Below, piece by piece: positions 10,601-20,235 of a stretch of DNA of 64,000 nucleotides. Under the pieces are notes generated by a model. That model saw only the letters and a program-made list of their open reading frames with translations, did no database searches and had not been told where the DNA came from. The first letter of the stretch is position 1. The number at the start of each line of letters is the position of its first letter. The translations under genes and the position numbers were made by a program. Source of the DNA: a virus (Duplodnaviria; Heunggongvirae; Uroviricota; Caudoviricetes). The stretch is from the IMG/VR virus record IMGVR_UViG_3300033144_005510, one strand, 5' to 3'.

Positions 10601-13600
10601 ACTCCTAAATGGGGAAATTTTGCAAAATTAAATGCCGATAGAATCAAGCAAGTGTCAGAAACCAGAATGACGGCACAAAGGCAGATTAGAGAACTTATAA
10701 AAGAACAGAATCAACGTTCTAAATTAGCTAACGTTGGAAAAGGTGGTGGCGACCGCTCGCGAAGATTAAAATCTAGAGAATCTCGACTAGAGCAGTCTTC
10801 AAGCCCTCATTATGCTTTTGTTTCTGAATTAGTTCCATGGAGTGGCGTAACAGGCGGAAATAATGCTTATTATAGAAGTCCTGTTTATAGCCTGTCTCCC
10901 ATTGAGATTAATTCTGAAATAAATATTGCTGATGCAGATTATCAGAAAAAAGCTATTATGAGTATGGACGGCTTAGTTAGGCCAGTTTCTATGTCGGACC
11001 TTACTAGCACTTTACCTAGATATGCAACCCCTCTTAATACATCTGATTGTCGAAAGTCTACTGGTAAAGGAACTCATCCTCCAGTCGATGTCCCTGGACA
11101 AGTCGATCAACTGAATCAGTATAATCCAGAAATTAATTTAAATTATTTGCAGCCTTTTCAAAACCCTGCTATAATAGGCAGTTTTAGTGATGTGGCCACC
11201 AATAAATCGAATACAAGTGCTGTTGGTCACGATATAGAAGTTATTGGGCGAGGAACTGGTATTCCCGAAAATATGGGATTAGCAAAGCAGGGAATTCTCA
11301 ACGATGGCGACGTTGGGTCTATGGATTATGCAGCTGACTATAGAGCTTTGGCTTTGCGTGGTCCCTTGCTTATGCAAGGATGGGGTTATGATCTTGATGG
11401 ATTTCCAGTTCCTAATGCGGCAGATACTCAATCGGCTGCTGAAACTGGAACATTTACCGACTCGTCTTTAGAAAATAAATTTCTTGATAATCATTTAAGA
11501 AACCCAAAGACTTGGCCTGTTGGTCCTGTTGATTTAAGATGGGATAGAGATCGGGCTGTTTGGACAATTCCTCAATATAGAAGTGTTGTTGCTACATTAT
11601 CACAAGATATCAACCCTAATGGTAGCGGTAGTGCAGTTGTTGACTTAAATACTGGTGAAACTTTATATGATACAACTGGTTCCCCAATTGGTAGTCCAAC
11701 AATTAATGTTCATGATAAAGTTGGTCAATCAGGACTGAAGGCTGGAAGTAAGGTTATCGCAGAATTTAATCCTTTCTCATGTGAATATAATATTATTGAA
11801 TCAAAAGCTTCTTCGTCAGGAGTATCATCTGTTTTTAGAGATTTATGTGTTTTAAACAGTGTTGAGCCTCTTGTTGCAGATACGGGAAATATTATATCGT
11901 CAGGTCATTATACCGATCTAGAACTTGGCGTTGGTTTGACAATAGTTCCTGGTTCTGGTGGAGCGGCAGAGTCTGGTGCGCAAAGGATTGAAGGTAAATA
12001 TTCTGCTGGCACTTCAGACCTTATTTTTGGAACAGGTTTTTCTGAGACTGCAACTGGAGTGTTGCATAGATTTGAAGCTATAAATTTTGGGGGTGGTTTA
12101 TGGATTGACGTTCATAATAATAACAGTAATTATGCCACTGGCTGTGTTACTGGGTCTAATCCTTTAGATATAGACGGAAAAATACAAAAAGAAGCATTTT
12201 TAGATGTTGTTGGTGGAATAGTTCCTGTTGATAGCGATGTTTGTTGGAGCGGGACTGACAGCCTTACTTCTGACGGATCACGACCTTTTCATAATCTTCA
12301 ATTTGGAACAGGTTTAAAAGCCAGGGATAAAGCTGGCAGACCAGAGGCCATAGAGATTATGGCTGGAATAACTCTTTCTTCTGATAGTACTGTTGTTCCT
12401 GTTGACAATGTTCCAACTACTCTTGTTCAAAATTTAAAATTTGGAAGTGGTTTAAATGTTGAGCCAGATGGAACCGATTGTGGTGCCGTTGTTTCTGTAT
12501 ATAATGTTGGTGGAGGCGGGGCTCTTTGTATACAAACAACTGGTGAGTGCATAGCTCAACCAGGAGAAACTAATAATGGAGTGCGAAGTTATGGGGCGTG
12601 GTATAGTGAACATATTACTTCTTGTTCAGGTGTAGACGAAATTGAATTTGGCAAAGGGATAGGTGTACAAACTATATCAGGGGCTGGGACAGCGGCGGCT
12701 AATAAAGCTAGAATTGTGGCTGGAATAGCCAAGTCGGTTGATAATGATCAATGGATTGACACATCAGTAGGAGGAGCCTTAAACGGAGTAAGGAATGAGA
12801 TAACGTTCGGAGGAGGCGTTTCAGCTGCGGAGTCGGGGATAGGTTGCGATTTAGCAATTGGTGGTTATTTTAAGCCTTCTATATTAGCAGAATGTGTTAC
12901 TAGTAGAGCTGCCGTGGCTTTGACCGCAAGACCATTTAGATTAGACCTGGGAAGTGGTTTGGCTGGCGAGATGGATGGAGATGACACCTTTAAAATGGGT
13001 GCTGGCGTATATACAGACAATAACGGTGGATATGAAACAGGTGACGCAGGAAGTAATCTAAGTCTTTTAAAAAGCACTTTGCAATTTGGGAAGGGTACTT
13101 GGGTCGGGACGGAAAATGCTGGAAGTGATTGCGCAGTACATGTAGGCGCTTTTATGGAGCCTTCAATAGTTGACACTTGTGAAGACAGTACAGCTCCTTT
13201 GGGTGCTAGTAAAAAACCCTGGAAATTACAGTTGGCCAATGGTATGTTTGCCAGTATGCCTGATGATGAAACACTTAGAATAGGTGCTGGCATTGATCTG
13301 CTTGAAAGTGATAGTTGCGTTGCCACTCAAGAAAACGCTGCTGCTGTAAACGGGCTTTTTGTTGGAAAAGGTTTATTGGTTGGCGATGCGGCTAATTGTG
13401 AAGCTACAATTGCATTAGGCTTTGATGCTGGGGTTACTGAGTCCTGTCTAGGCAAGCAAAATAACACAGCTCTTGGAAGTGGGCAATATAGTAGCATTGT
13501 TTTAAGACAAGGAATGATTGGAAGTGGCGAATTAAACTCTCCTGAAAGTGGTTGTGATATATTACATTTAGGGGCTGGATTTAAAATTGGCCTTACAGAT

Positions 13601-14332
13601 GACAATACAATCACAAATGTTGAAACTAGCGCAAGCTCCAGTGATAAAAGTTTTAGTAATATACATCTGAAAGCTGGGCTTGACTATGGTTACGGCGCAG
13701 ATAATTGTGAAATAGAATTAGAATCTTATATACAAGTCAGGAACAGTTCTGGTGTTTGCGTGCAACCAAATGGATCTACTGCGGTTTGGTTGGATGGGAC
13801 GAAAAAACAATCAGATATTGGAATTGGAATGGGTCTTGCTTACAATCAAGATACAAGTGACGATAAGGTTGGGCTTCTTGGAGCGTGGATTCCTCTAAGC
13901 GGACAAAAAGCCGAGCTGAACGATGGGACTAGTGCGGTTGATCCAGATGAAGGCGCTACCGTAGTCATGCATTTTGCTGCATTAGAACTTGGTGATTGTC
14001 TTAATATTCACACATTTGTAGATCCTGTTGCGGATGGCGGCACAACTGATAATGCTGCGAATTGTCATGTAAAAATAGATTTTAGAGATAGGAATAATGG
14101 TAGTCTTACTGCGGGCGGTAATGTTTCTAGTGAGTATTATAATCTGAATTCGACTAAAAATTATACTATTAATGTTGCTAGTGTTACTGGAAGTAATGTT
14201 GGATTCACCTGCGACGGCGACGGCGCGATTCAAAGCTTGAGTCTAAATGTTAGCCAATTACATTTTAGTGAGTGCGGTATTTTATTAGGTTATTCGGAAA
14301 ATATTAATACTACCACTCCTAACTGCGCTTAA
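7661..14332 (+). CDS. giant tail fibre / adhesin-like structural protein (2223 aa) with C-terminal Cys-containing repeat array
   Basis: 2223-aa ORF. C-terminal ~900 aa show periodic motifs (D/S-x-C ... L/F-x-F/L-G-x-G every ~40-60 aa), Gly/Ser/Thr-rich and beta-rich. TATAAT-like sequence and RBS upstream at ~7640. Confidence 0.5.
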   Translation: MAAPVKNDSAQCGGTGIVGGFEQTLFLGCSIMSFSASAGWNEQQSEITVQLVEDNCEGTKYYYDNALAKQTWTAADPGFYGLLRPIIGAPVYFRVGDFEFAGLVQNWEESYSTSGNPTYTVKIVDPRTLLENAQVIINDYAGGVGSLANIINPFGYLESFYNTDNCKEVEQISPGVYGIHQLSPPTVVPTADSTYQSADQGVFGSPAQGYGADVNEKGFLYLQLKQGIQTLLGQWPNINQTNEYLGRGRFSPYGRLVFKAPEPGGGVVEAQAMGLMWRDRSFNSIGQAENLAEYALDITELPDGFDDALLNYWRINGSTVSVMDIVSEVCENAGYDYYIELVPVINFGDLNSSSGVTKFIKVRVTDRNVAPASNAIEGFVNERQTSGDFPGTGLGSNTTVINWNKGRELRNNPTQTFVIGGKKNSLYQAYQTNSTGNVVDRTIAPYFGLDLNENVIIPSLDDNDEWYFNANALDLASSLFPYDVEVPGFQVEIKENELIAALSSYDVWVSYASALDTALFGIATSGLDAVQIKGLFSFTVQDLDAITKWIADGATGVPGDWIKVGKNTIPQDRDTNQTEIMNVCFEWIRKLADEYYGKKFQVRVPFVCGKQDVQSGQVILDTNPVQQGYTDISVPTVLGITNSFTDSAFRTDDNRHQAFARLYFVDDENNSIVKTQSLDQDDLIIRDISDFSTGNQIRSDIPFVGVSVDPEYVFVSKSLLFSPRAVITLPERVSLDEKKLTGAGDSIPGENKFDQHHNAVNMLVQILNKSVGAALSEAQIKTAVEDVEKLVGGILTQEIWIDRPVMPDAVALGIQSNILTYGPWTSTEIDGNTISAGLAGTVRVINQESLVPWEYNGHNPATFGYLNAAGTAFAEQGRSVNQVFEQGQVTVAGYPELPLGSELRAADIGGPYAGGDKLNLVEGRDATNVLTSVVNLNGTLIVTYYVNYGRWVGTYGPNVTGINVQVGPQGLQTTYTLRTWTPKWGNFAKLNADRIKQVSETRMTAQRQIRELIKEQNQRSKLANVGKGGGDRSRRLKSRESRLEQSSSPHYAFVSELVPWSGVTGGNNAYYRSPVYSLSPIEINSEINIADADYQKKAIMSMDGLVRPVSMSDLTSTLPRYATPLNTSDCRKSTGKGTHPPVDVPGQVDQLNQYNPEINLNYLQPFQNPAIIGSFSDVATNKSNTSAVGHDIEVIGRGTGIPENMGLAKQGILNDGDVGSMDYAADYRALALRGPLLMQGWGYDLDGFPVPNAADTQSAAETGTFTDSSLENKFLDNHLRNPKTWPVGPVDLRWDRDRAVWTIPQYRSVVATLSQDINPNGSGSAVVDLNTGETLYDTTGSPIGSPTINVHDKVGQSGLKAGSKVIAEFNPFSCEYNIIESKASSSGVSSVFRDLCVLNSVEPLVADTGNIISSGHYTDLELGVGLTIVPGSGGAAESGAQRIEGKYSAGTSDLIFGTGFSETATGVLHRFEAINFGGGLWIDVHNNNSNYATGCVTGSNPLDIDGKIQKEAFLDVVGGIVPVDSDVCWSGTDSLTSDGSRPFHNLQFGTGLKARDKAGRPEAIEIMAGITLSSDSTVVPVDNVPTTLVQNLKFGSGLNVEPDGTDCGAVVSVYNVGGGGALCIQTTGECIAQPGETNNGVRSYGAWYSEHITSCSGVDEIEFGKGIGVQTISGAGTAAANKARIVAGIAKSVDNDQWIDTSVGGALNGVRNEITFGGGVSAAESGIGCDLAIGGYFKPSILAECVTSRAAVALTARPFRLDLGSGLAGEMDGDDTFKMGAGVYTDNNGGYETGDAGSNLSLLKSTLQFGKGTWVGTENAGSDCAVHVGAFMEPSIVDTCEDSTAPLGASKKPWKLQLANGMFASMPDDETLRIGAGIDLLESDSCVATQENAAAVNGLFVGKGLLVGDAANCEATIALGFDAGVTESCLGKQNNTALGSGQYSSIVLRQGMIGSGELNSPESGCDILHLGAGFKIGLTDDNTITNVETSASSSDKSFSNIHLKAGLDYGYGADNCEIELESYIQVRNSSGVCVQPNGSTAVWLDGTKKQSDIGIGMGLAYNQDTSDDKVGLLGAWIPLSGQKAELNDGTSAVDPDEGATVVMHFAALELGDCLNIHTFVDPVADGGTTDNAANCHVKIDFRDRNNGSLTAGGNVSSEYYNLNSTKNYTINVASVTGSNVGFTCDGDGAIQSLSLNVSQLHFSECGILLGYSENINTTTPNCA

Positions 14333-14345
14333 AAGGATTTAATTT

Positions 14346-14627
14346 ATGGATATCTTTAAATTAGTACAACAATACGAAAAAGAAAAACGTATTTGGAAAA
14401 AAGCTGGAAAACCCATTCGCTCAAAAGAAAGAATGGAGGAGATATATTCTATCTGCGAAAAGTGCCCATTCTTTAATAAAGGGCAGGGGATGGTCCCAGG
14501 AATGGATCAATGTGATATTTGTAAATGCAATCTTAATCCAAGTTCAGAAACATTGAATAAAATAGCCTGGGGTACTACTCATTGTCCAGACGACCCTTCT
14601 CGTTGGGGTGCAGATGTTGAAAACTAG
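14346..14627 (+). CDS. small Cys-rich (zinc-binding?) protein, 93 aa
   Basis: CEKCP...CDICKC...HC cysteine pattern. AAAAGGA RBS upstream. Last plus-strand gene before the terminator. Confidence 0.35.
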   Translation: MDIFKLVQQYEKEKRIWKKAGKPIRSKERMEEIYSICEKCPFFNKGQGMVPGMDQCDICKCNLNPSSETLNKIAWGTTHCPDDPSRWGADVEN

Positions 14628-14658
14628 GGGGCTGGTTGACTCTCTAACGAATTTAAAT

Positions 14659-14697
14659 AAAAAAGGCGGGTGTTTATACCCACCTTTTCTATTTTTA
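14659..14697. terminator. bidirectional hairpin terminator at the strand-switch point
   Basis: AAGGCGGGTG-TTTATA-CCCACCTT hairpin flanked by an A-run on one side and a T-run on the other, between convergent gene ends (14627+ and 14725-). Confidence 0.45.
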
Positions 14698-14724
14698 AAT
14701 CACAGCGATTCCAACGCGATTGGT

Positions 14725-15135
14725 TTAGCTAAAACTCTTTGATTTTGAATCCCACCTAACCCAGCCTTTATTTGGCAGCCAAACCTTTTTACCATCAGCA
14801 TCAACTTTCGGCTTCCATTTTCCATCATCTCCTTTTGTTTGTTCATAACGACGAGGAAATAAATTTCCAAGATCATTATGCCCTAGAGACAATTTTGCTC
14901 CACAAATACCGTTTCCTGTGGGCGTTTCGCAAAGAAGTTCGTAAACATCGTATTTGCCGTCCGCTTTACGGTGAACCATACGAATTTTGTCACCGCCACA
15001 TTTGCCACATTTGGAATTTCCGCCCAATACTTCTTGTAATGGACCGAGTTCTTGAAACATCTCTTGGATGCCTCTTGCTTCTACCTTAATTGTAATTTCG
15101 GCTGAAGGTCTATAGAAAATTTCCATATTAGCCAT
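14725..15135 (-). CDS. zinc-ribbon protein, 136 aa
   Basis: CGKCGG...C...CGAKL pattern, compact ORF. Confidence 0.35.
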   Translation of the reverse strand: MANMEIFYRPSAEITIKVEARGIQEMFQELGPLQEVLGGNSKCGKCGGDKIRMVHRKADGKYDVYELLCETPTGNGICGAKLSLGHNDLGNLFPRRYEQTKGDDGKWKPKVDADGKKVWLPNKGWVRWDSKSKSFS

Positions 15136-15137
15136 TT

Positions 15138-15881
15138 CTAACTCTCTTTCTCAAACGAGTTTCGCCAATCATCTTCATAAGGACCAAATTTGGCGTATTC
15201 CTGGTCCTCTTCTCGCGTCCACTCATCAAGCACTGTATTGACCTGCAAAGCTTCAGCATGACTTAGTTCTCTAATGTTGCCATGTTCCCCACAAATCTCT
15301 GTGATAGACTTTTTCACATCAACATTTAGCTTCTTACACATACGATCAATAAACTTGATCTGGGTATCAGTAATACTACCTTCTGTGCGATCTTCATTAC
15401 TAACTTCAGGTACAGTCAATTCCGCTACCTTAGAAGTCTCTTCGGCAGTGAGAACATTGGTAAGGCCCAGGATTCTCTTAGCTGCTCTACCAATAGCCCG
15501 TGTTTCTGCTGTGGCTAGAGGGTATCTATTATAAGGAGCATCTGTATTATTAACGGTACATTCTGCCGACCCAAAAACTTTTACTCCATTGGGCAGGGTT
15601 GGAGCAACAGTAACGGCAGCGTAGTCTACTCCAACATGATGAACTTCTGGACTTCCCCAGTTAACATCACCAACCAGGACACCACATAGACGAACTAAAC
15701 CATCAGCACGAGGACGTTCATTAATAAATTCGTCCTTTGTTAAAAGACTTAACACATAATCAGTCCATTCTGGTGAAAATTTCTCTGGACTAGATTCAGG
15801 TGCATTTGGAGCATCTTCATCAACGGGGGTAAACTCGTCTAAAAAGTCAGCATCAGCAATAGCGCTTTCTTGATCGCTCAT
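15138..15881 (-). CDS. hypothetical acidic protein, 247 aa
   Basis: Long ORF with acidic N-terminus. No motif recognised. Confidence 0.4.
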   Translation of the reverse strand: MSDQESAIADADFLDEFTPVDEDAPNAPESSPEKFSPEWTDYVLSLLTKDEFINERPRADGLVRLCGVLVGDVNWGSPEVHHVGVDYAAVTVAPTLPNGVKVFGSAECTVNNTDAPYNRYPLATAETRAIGRAAKRILGLTNVLTAEETSKVAELTVPEVSNEDRTEGSITDTQIKFIDRMCKKLNVDVKKSITEICGEHGNIRELSHAEALQVNTVLDEWTREEDQEYAKFGPYEDDWRNSFEKES

Positions 15882-16711
15882 TAATTTTCTCCCAAGATAA
15901 TATGACGTTTTCCCTTTTCGGGCTTTTTACGCTTAATTTGTTCTAAAGTCTCTAACACACTAGCTAATATATCTCTTTTATATTTGTTTGTCAATCCCTT
16001 TTTCTGCCTGACTCTAAGTATAACACAGCCCCTACCTAAAAGCAAGCCAGATTTTTCATTGTCTCTTTGTTTGTTTTTTGCTAAGTTATCTGCACCCCAA
16101 ATATTTTCAAAATGGCTGGGTCCGTCAACTTCTAAAGCAACGTTTAATTCAGGAAGATATAGATCAATTTCAAGATTTTCTCTTCCTACCCACTGTTTTT
16201 TGTGAAATTCTATTTTATACCCAGCAGCAATTAATTCATTTAGCAGAAAATGTTCAAGTGCCGATCCTTCTTTAGACGCTTTGCGAACTCCGTCTCCAGC
16301 AGCCTGTCTAAATTGCCTGATTTCTTCCTCTGATTTTGCGTCCCATCTTTTTTTGGCCTCTTCTCTTTTTTTGTCTCTCTGGTCTTCAGTCATATTTTCC
16401 CAGTCTTTAGCTACTGATTCGCTGATCTTTATTTTAGTTTCTTCAGTATGCTTAGTTCCTTTTGTTGGGTGTGAGTGACGACCTGATTGTAAAGCTGATT
16501 TTTGGGCTTCACTCTTGTCTCTTGACTTTATTTCAAATTTTTTTGCATCTCTTCGTACCTTGTTTGCATAAGTTCCACATAACTTTGCTATTTCTGCCCA
16601 ACTGAATTCATATTCAATATATAATTTCTCTAGTACATTTCTTTTTCCGTTTGCTTCTAATGACGAATAAGCATTAACTTCATTCATTAATGATTTTGGT
16701 AATTTCTTCAT
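15881..16711 (-). CDS. homing-endonuclease-like protein: N-terminal NUMOD3 DNA-binding motif plus C-terminal Vsr/DUF559-like endonuclease domain
   Basis: GRHSHPTKGTKHTEETKIKIS matches the NUMOD3 G-x-KHSEETKxKxS signature. C-terminal ...IDLYLPELNVALEVDGPSHF...CVILRV resembles the Vsr-like endonuclease fold, as does ORF 36801..37196. Confidence 0.5.
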   Translation of the reverse strand: MKKLPKSLMNEVNAYSSLEANGKRNVLEKLYIEYEFSWAEIAKLCGTYANKVRRDAKKFEIKSRDKSEAQKSALQSGRHSHPTKGTKHTEETKIKISESVAKDWENMTEDQRDKKREEAKKRWDAKSEEEIRQFRQAAGDGVRKASKEGSALEHFLLNELIAAGYKIEFHKKQWVGRENLEIDLYLPELNVALEVDGPSHFENIWGADNLAKNKQRDNEKSGLLLGRGCVILRVRQKKGLTNKYKRDILASVLETLEQIKRKKPEKGKRHIILGEN

Positions 16712-17144
16712 AATTAAAATCCTCTATGGTCGCTACTGGTTTTTTCCAACAGGACTCTATAATTTGAGCATGTTCTTCACTTCTAGCTATTAGTTTTACA
16801 AGTGGGTTTAAATATATGCTACACAAATAGTCTAAATCATAATTTTGACCCATCCATTCCAAATCCCACAAGTAAAAATACTTATTTTTTATAGAACTAC
16901 AATTTATCATTGTTAAACAAGTGTCTAAATCGTTTGCAATGCAAGTTCCGTTATAACCCCATAAATGACCTTGATGTAAAAATGTTATATCTTTATTTCC
17001 ACTAATACTTGCGAAACTTCTGTTTTCACAAAAACAAATTATGTCAGAATGATATTCTTGTTTTTTTATTTTAGAAATTTCTTGCAATATCGTATTGCCA
17101 ATTTGATTAGCCTTAAAGTTATTTATAATAATTCCAGCTCGCAT
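16680..17144 (-). CDS. hypothetical protein, 154 aa (in glycan-modification cluster)
   Basis: ORF only. Confidence 0.3.
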   Translation of the reverse strand: MRAGIIINNFKANQIGNTILQEISKIKKQEYHSDIICFCENRSFASISGNKDITFLHQGHLWGYNGTCIANDLDTCLTMINCSSIKNKYFYLWDLEWMGQNYDLDYLCSIYLNPLVKLIARSEEHAQIIESCWKKPVATIEDFNYEEITKIINE

Positions 17145-18043
17145 TTAATTTCCTTTATTTTATTTTTAGATTTTTGTGCAAACTCATTTAATCCTATTTT
17201 ATCCAAGATTGTTGATAGTCGTTGATAAGACGTATCATTTCGAAAAACTTTTTCTTGGGCTTCTTTTGTTATTTTATCTCTTGTTTCTGGATTTTCTAAC
17301 AGTTCTTTAATTTTATCTTTTGCGTCTTTATTTATTTTAATCGTGGGAAATAAGTAATTATCCGTAGTAGATACTGTAAAAATTCCATTAGCGGCTTGAT
17401 TAAATAAATTTCCACCACATATATCAAGAGATATTTTAGAAGATTTTAAAAACGATATAACTCTATCTGGAGGCAAGTATCCTAAATGTTCTGGAACAGG
17501 TAACTTGGACGCACCTGTAATTTTTAACTTGCCAATTTCTGATAAAGATTTTAAATATGCTAATAATGATGAGAATTTCTCAGCCGATGCCGCCATAGAT
17601 TTCTCTACTTGGGCTTTTTCTTCTGCACTAAAATAATATGAAAAATCTGATTTAAACTGTTCTTCTTTTTTCTCATTGGACAAGTTTGAAATATCCGCAT
17701 AGTCACTTAAATAAAATAACGTTGAGCCATTTCTTTCTAAGTTTCTTTTCATTGTTGCGGAAATGGAAGGTTCAGCACAAATCAAATCAGAGCGAAGGGA
17801 GTTTATTGGACGATTAGAAAATAAAACAATTTTTTTCAAATTTGTAAAATTGTTACACGCAGATATAATTGCGTTATTAACATTGTCCACATCGCAAAAT
17901 AAAATGTCTGGCGAAAAAGAATCCAAAGAGTCAAAGAAATTTTGTTTTTCTGGATTCCATAAGAAAGACTGATCAAAAATATTGGTAGCAGATTTTATAA
18001 TTCCCTGGTATCTTAGGGGCAAAGGTGTTGCAAAAAATCTCAT
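17123..18043 (-). CDS. hypothetical protein, possibly GT-B/CgeB-like C-terminal domain, 306 aa
   Basis: Weak resemblance of ICGGNLFNQAANG to the GT1 donor-binding region. Sits in the glyco cluster. Confidence 0.3.
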   Translation of the reverse strand: MRFFATPLPLRYQGIIKSATNIFDQSFLWNPEKQNFFDSLDSFSPDILFCDVDNVNNAIISACNNFTNLKKIVLFSNRPINSLRSDLICAEPSISATMKRNLERNGSTLFYLSDYADISNLSNEKKEEQFKSDFSYYFSAEEKAQVEKSMAASAEKFSSLLAYLKSLSEIGKLKITGASKLPVPEHLGYLPPDRVISFLKSSKISLDICGGNLFNQAANGIFTVSTTDNYLFPTIKINKDAKDKIKELLENPETRDKITKEAQEKVFRNDTSYQRLSTILDKIGLNEFAQKSKNKIKEIKCELELL

Positions 18044-18756
18044 ATAATTTCCTCGACTTGTATTAAATCCCTAGAAGAATCTATGTCTATAATTTTCATT
18101 CTTGGATTTGAATGTGCTATAAATTTACCGCCAGAGCTTATTATCATATTTATGATTTCAAAACCAAAAAACGTATTGTACAAAGGATTTTTTAAAAACC
18201 TTTTCAATAATATTAATTCATGTTTGGTAAAATATGATATCTGAGCCCATTTATAATTTAATCCATACATCATATTCTCTAACATATTTGACTGTACTGT
18301 ACATCCTACTTCTTCTTCTTTCATAAAACCTTTTTTGTCAACCAATACCATGGAGTCATTCCCAAATGGAACTTTTAAAGTCCACGCATTAAAAACCAAG
18401 TCGCCATAAATAATAAGAACATTTTCATGTTTTACAAATTCTAGGCCTTTGGCTATACTGGCAACAACATTTGTATCTTCCCATTCTTCATTTCTAACAA
18501 CTGTAATATTTTTATATTTTTGAACACAAGATTCTACTAATTTTGATTCATATCCAGTTACTAAAATTATTTGAGGTTTGTTTAAGTACTTATAAATAAA
18601 CTTTAATTGATTTTCAATAATACTTAAATTATCTTTGATTTTTACCAAAGACTTTGGGCCATAGGATTTCATTCTACTGCCAAGTCCAGCAGCAGGTATT
18701 ATAACAGAAATTGGTCTATTATCATTCCTAATTGCAGGTGCTATATTACGAGCCAT
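18040..18756 (-). CDS. sugar-phosphate nucleotidyltransferase (IspD/TarI/cytidylyltransferase-like)
   Basis: N-terminal ISVIIPAAGLGSRMK matches the nucleotidyltransferase signature (G-x-G-x-R). Confidence 0.55.
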   Translation of the reverse strand: MARNIAPAIRNDNRPISVIIPAAGLGSRMKSYGPKSLVKIKDNLSIIENQLKFIYKYLNKPQIILVTGYESKLVESCVQKYKNITVVRNEEWEDTNVVASIAKGLEFVKHENVLIIYGDLVFNAWTLKVPFGNDSMVLVDKKGFMKEEEVGCTVQSNMLENMMYGLNYKWAQISYFTKHELILLKRFLKNPLYNTFFGFEIINMIISSGGKFIAHSNPRMKIIDIDSSRDLIQVEEII

Positions 18757-19438
18757 TGCTTTCCGCTTTTATAATTTCATGATCCTTCATGGAAGACGCA
18801 GTAATATGATCATTTTTCCAATTGTTTTTAAATAAGGATTCGGCGATGTGTGTTCCGCATTCTTTATGAGTTTTTTTCAATTCGTTAAATCCGTAATATA
18901 AAACAAGGTCTTGAATCTCACGATTAAATTTTGGCATACATTCCATTTTACATATAAAAGGAGTGTTTACAACTTGGTTACTTAAATTATCTAATATAGA
19001 ATTACGTTGAACATACAGGGTTTCTTGGTTATCGTTTACAGCTAATGTGTCACTAAATGTGAAAACACTGTTTTTTATTTCAAATAAGCCCTTAACCATT
19101 CTTTTTATAGAATTTTCATCTGTTGCAGTTTGGCCTTTTCCGATGAATAAAACAGCCTCATAAAGTGTTTCATACAAAAAATTGTTTAAAAAATCTGAGG
19201 GGTTGTCGAGATTCTCATATTCTGATTGAAAAATAATATCCATATTAGGATAATTTGTAGGAATTTCTCTTTTTTCTCCCAGTACTAATGTTAGTAAACT
19301 AGGACCATCTTCAAGCGATATGGTTTTCGACAAATTTTTTCTGGCTAAAATTTCTACATCACGTCTTTCTGGCAAGTGCTCAAAATATCCTGTATCTCTT
19401 TTATGCTGTATAATACTTTTTGATCCTTGTTCTGACAT
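18746..19438 (-). CDS. hypothetical protein, 230 aa
   Basis: ORF in glyco cluster. Confidence 0.3.
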   Translation of the reverse strand: MSEQGSKSIIQHKRDTGYFEHLPERRDVEILARKNLSKTISLEDGPSLLTLVLGEKREIPTNYPNMDIIFQSEYENLDNPSDFLNNFLYETLYEAVLFIGKGQTATDENSIKRMVKGLFEIKNSVFTFSDTLAVNDNQETLYVQRNSILDNLSNQVVNTPFICKMECMPKFNREIQDLVLYYGFNELKKTHKECGTHIAESLFKNNWKNDHITASSMKDHEIIKAESNGS

Positions 19439-20235
19439 TGGAATTCTCTTAATTTTTCAGGTATTGGGGTGATATTGTCTGGCTCGTTCTTTAGATTTGA
19501 TTCGTTTTCATAAAGCCAAAACTCGTGTACGGAATATGGAACAACTGATCCGTTTTGATATGGCAAATTTTCTTCTTTTTCTTCTGGTTCTATCATAGCA
19601 AATTGAATAGCATGATCTATTACTGCTTTATTAATATTGTTGAAAAAATCCTGTTCGTATTCATAACCAGCTTTACAAACTGAATAATACTGTGCATCAA
19701 AATTCTTCGTAGCTAGATTGACCATTAAATGATCTTTTCTAGAAAATAACAAGTCCATCGTCTTCCATTTAAATGGTATTGTGTCATCTTCTAATTGTTT
19801 TATTAATGAGTATATATTAAAATGCATTTTGCTTTGATCGCAAAAGAAAGTAACATAAGAAGGTGGTCTTATTTGATTTTTTAAAGATTGTAAAGTTTTA
19901 GTAATACCTTCTAAGGAACCATCTTCAACAAAAACCATAACATGAAAAATTAGAGAATTTTCAAAATCCATCATTCTTTCTACGACAGAATTTATATCAT
20001 CATCTTTATGATCTTCGTTATCTTCTAATTTAGACTTTAAATAAGTTAGCCATTTTTGTGGTCTATAGTTTGGGCACTTTCTATTAAAAATTACAAAAAA
20101 TTCTTTATCTTCGTCATATGCTTCTATAACTTGTGTATATTTGTCTAACATATTCTTTTTACAGCTAACTTGGGTAATTCCCTCGTATTCTGCAAATATG
20201 CAATCTTTACACGATGTATTATTATCGGTTTGCAT
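19354..20235 (-). CDS. hypothetical protein, 293 aa (start may be further downstream; overlaps previous ORF by 85 nt)
   Basis: ORF only. Confidence 0.3.
   Translation of the reverse strand: MQTDNNTSCKDCIFAEYEGITQVSCKKNMLDKYTQVIEAYDEDKEFFVIFNRKCPNYRPQKWLTYLKSKLEDNEDHKDDDINSVVERMMDFENSLIFHVMVFVEDGSLEGITKTLQSLKNQIRPPSYVTFFCDQSKMHFNIYSLIKQLEDDTIPFKWKTMDLLFSRKDHLMVNLATKNFDAQYYSVCKAGYEYEQDFFNNINKAVIDHAIQFAMIEPEEKEENLPYQNGSVVPYSVHEFWLYENESNLKNEPDNITPIPEKLREFQCQNKDQKVLYSIKEIQDILSTCQKDVM

Noticed and set aside
628-13614. Numerous 60-210-aa ORFs on the opposite strand or in alternative frames inside the two giant structural genes (e.g. 628-1068, 1416-1628, 4465-5097, 12865-13326, 13327-13614).
   Set aside because: Entirely embedded in much longer ORFs with coherent protein-like composition. 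Low-complexity translations typical of antisense frames of Gly/Ala- or Ser-rich coding sequence.
14772-15089. 105-aa plus-strand ORF antisense to the zinc-ribbon gene.
   Set aside because: Fully antisense to a better-supported ORF. His/Leu-rich low-complexity translation.
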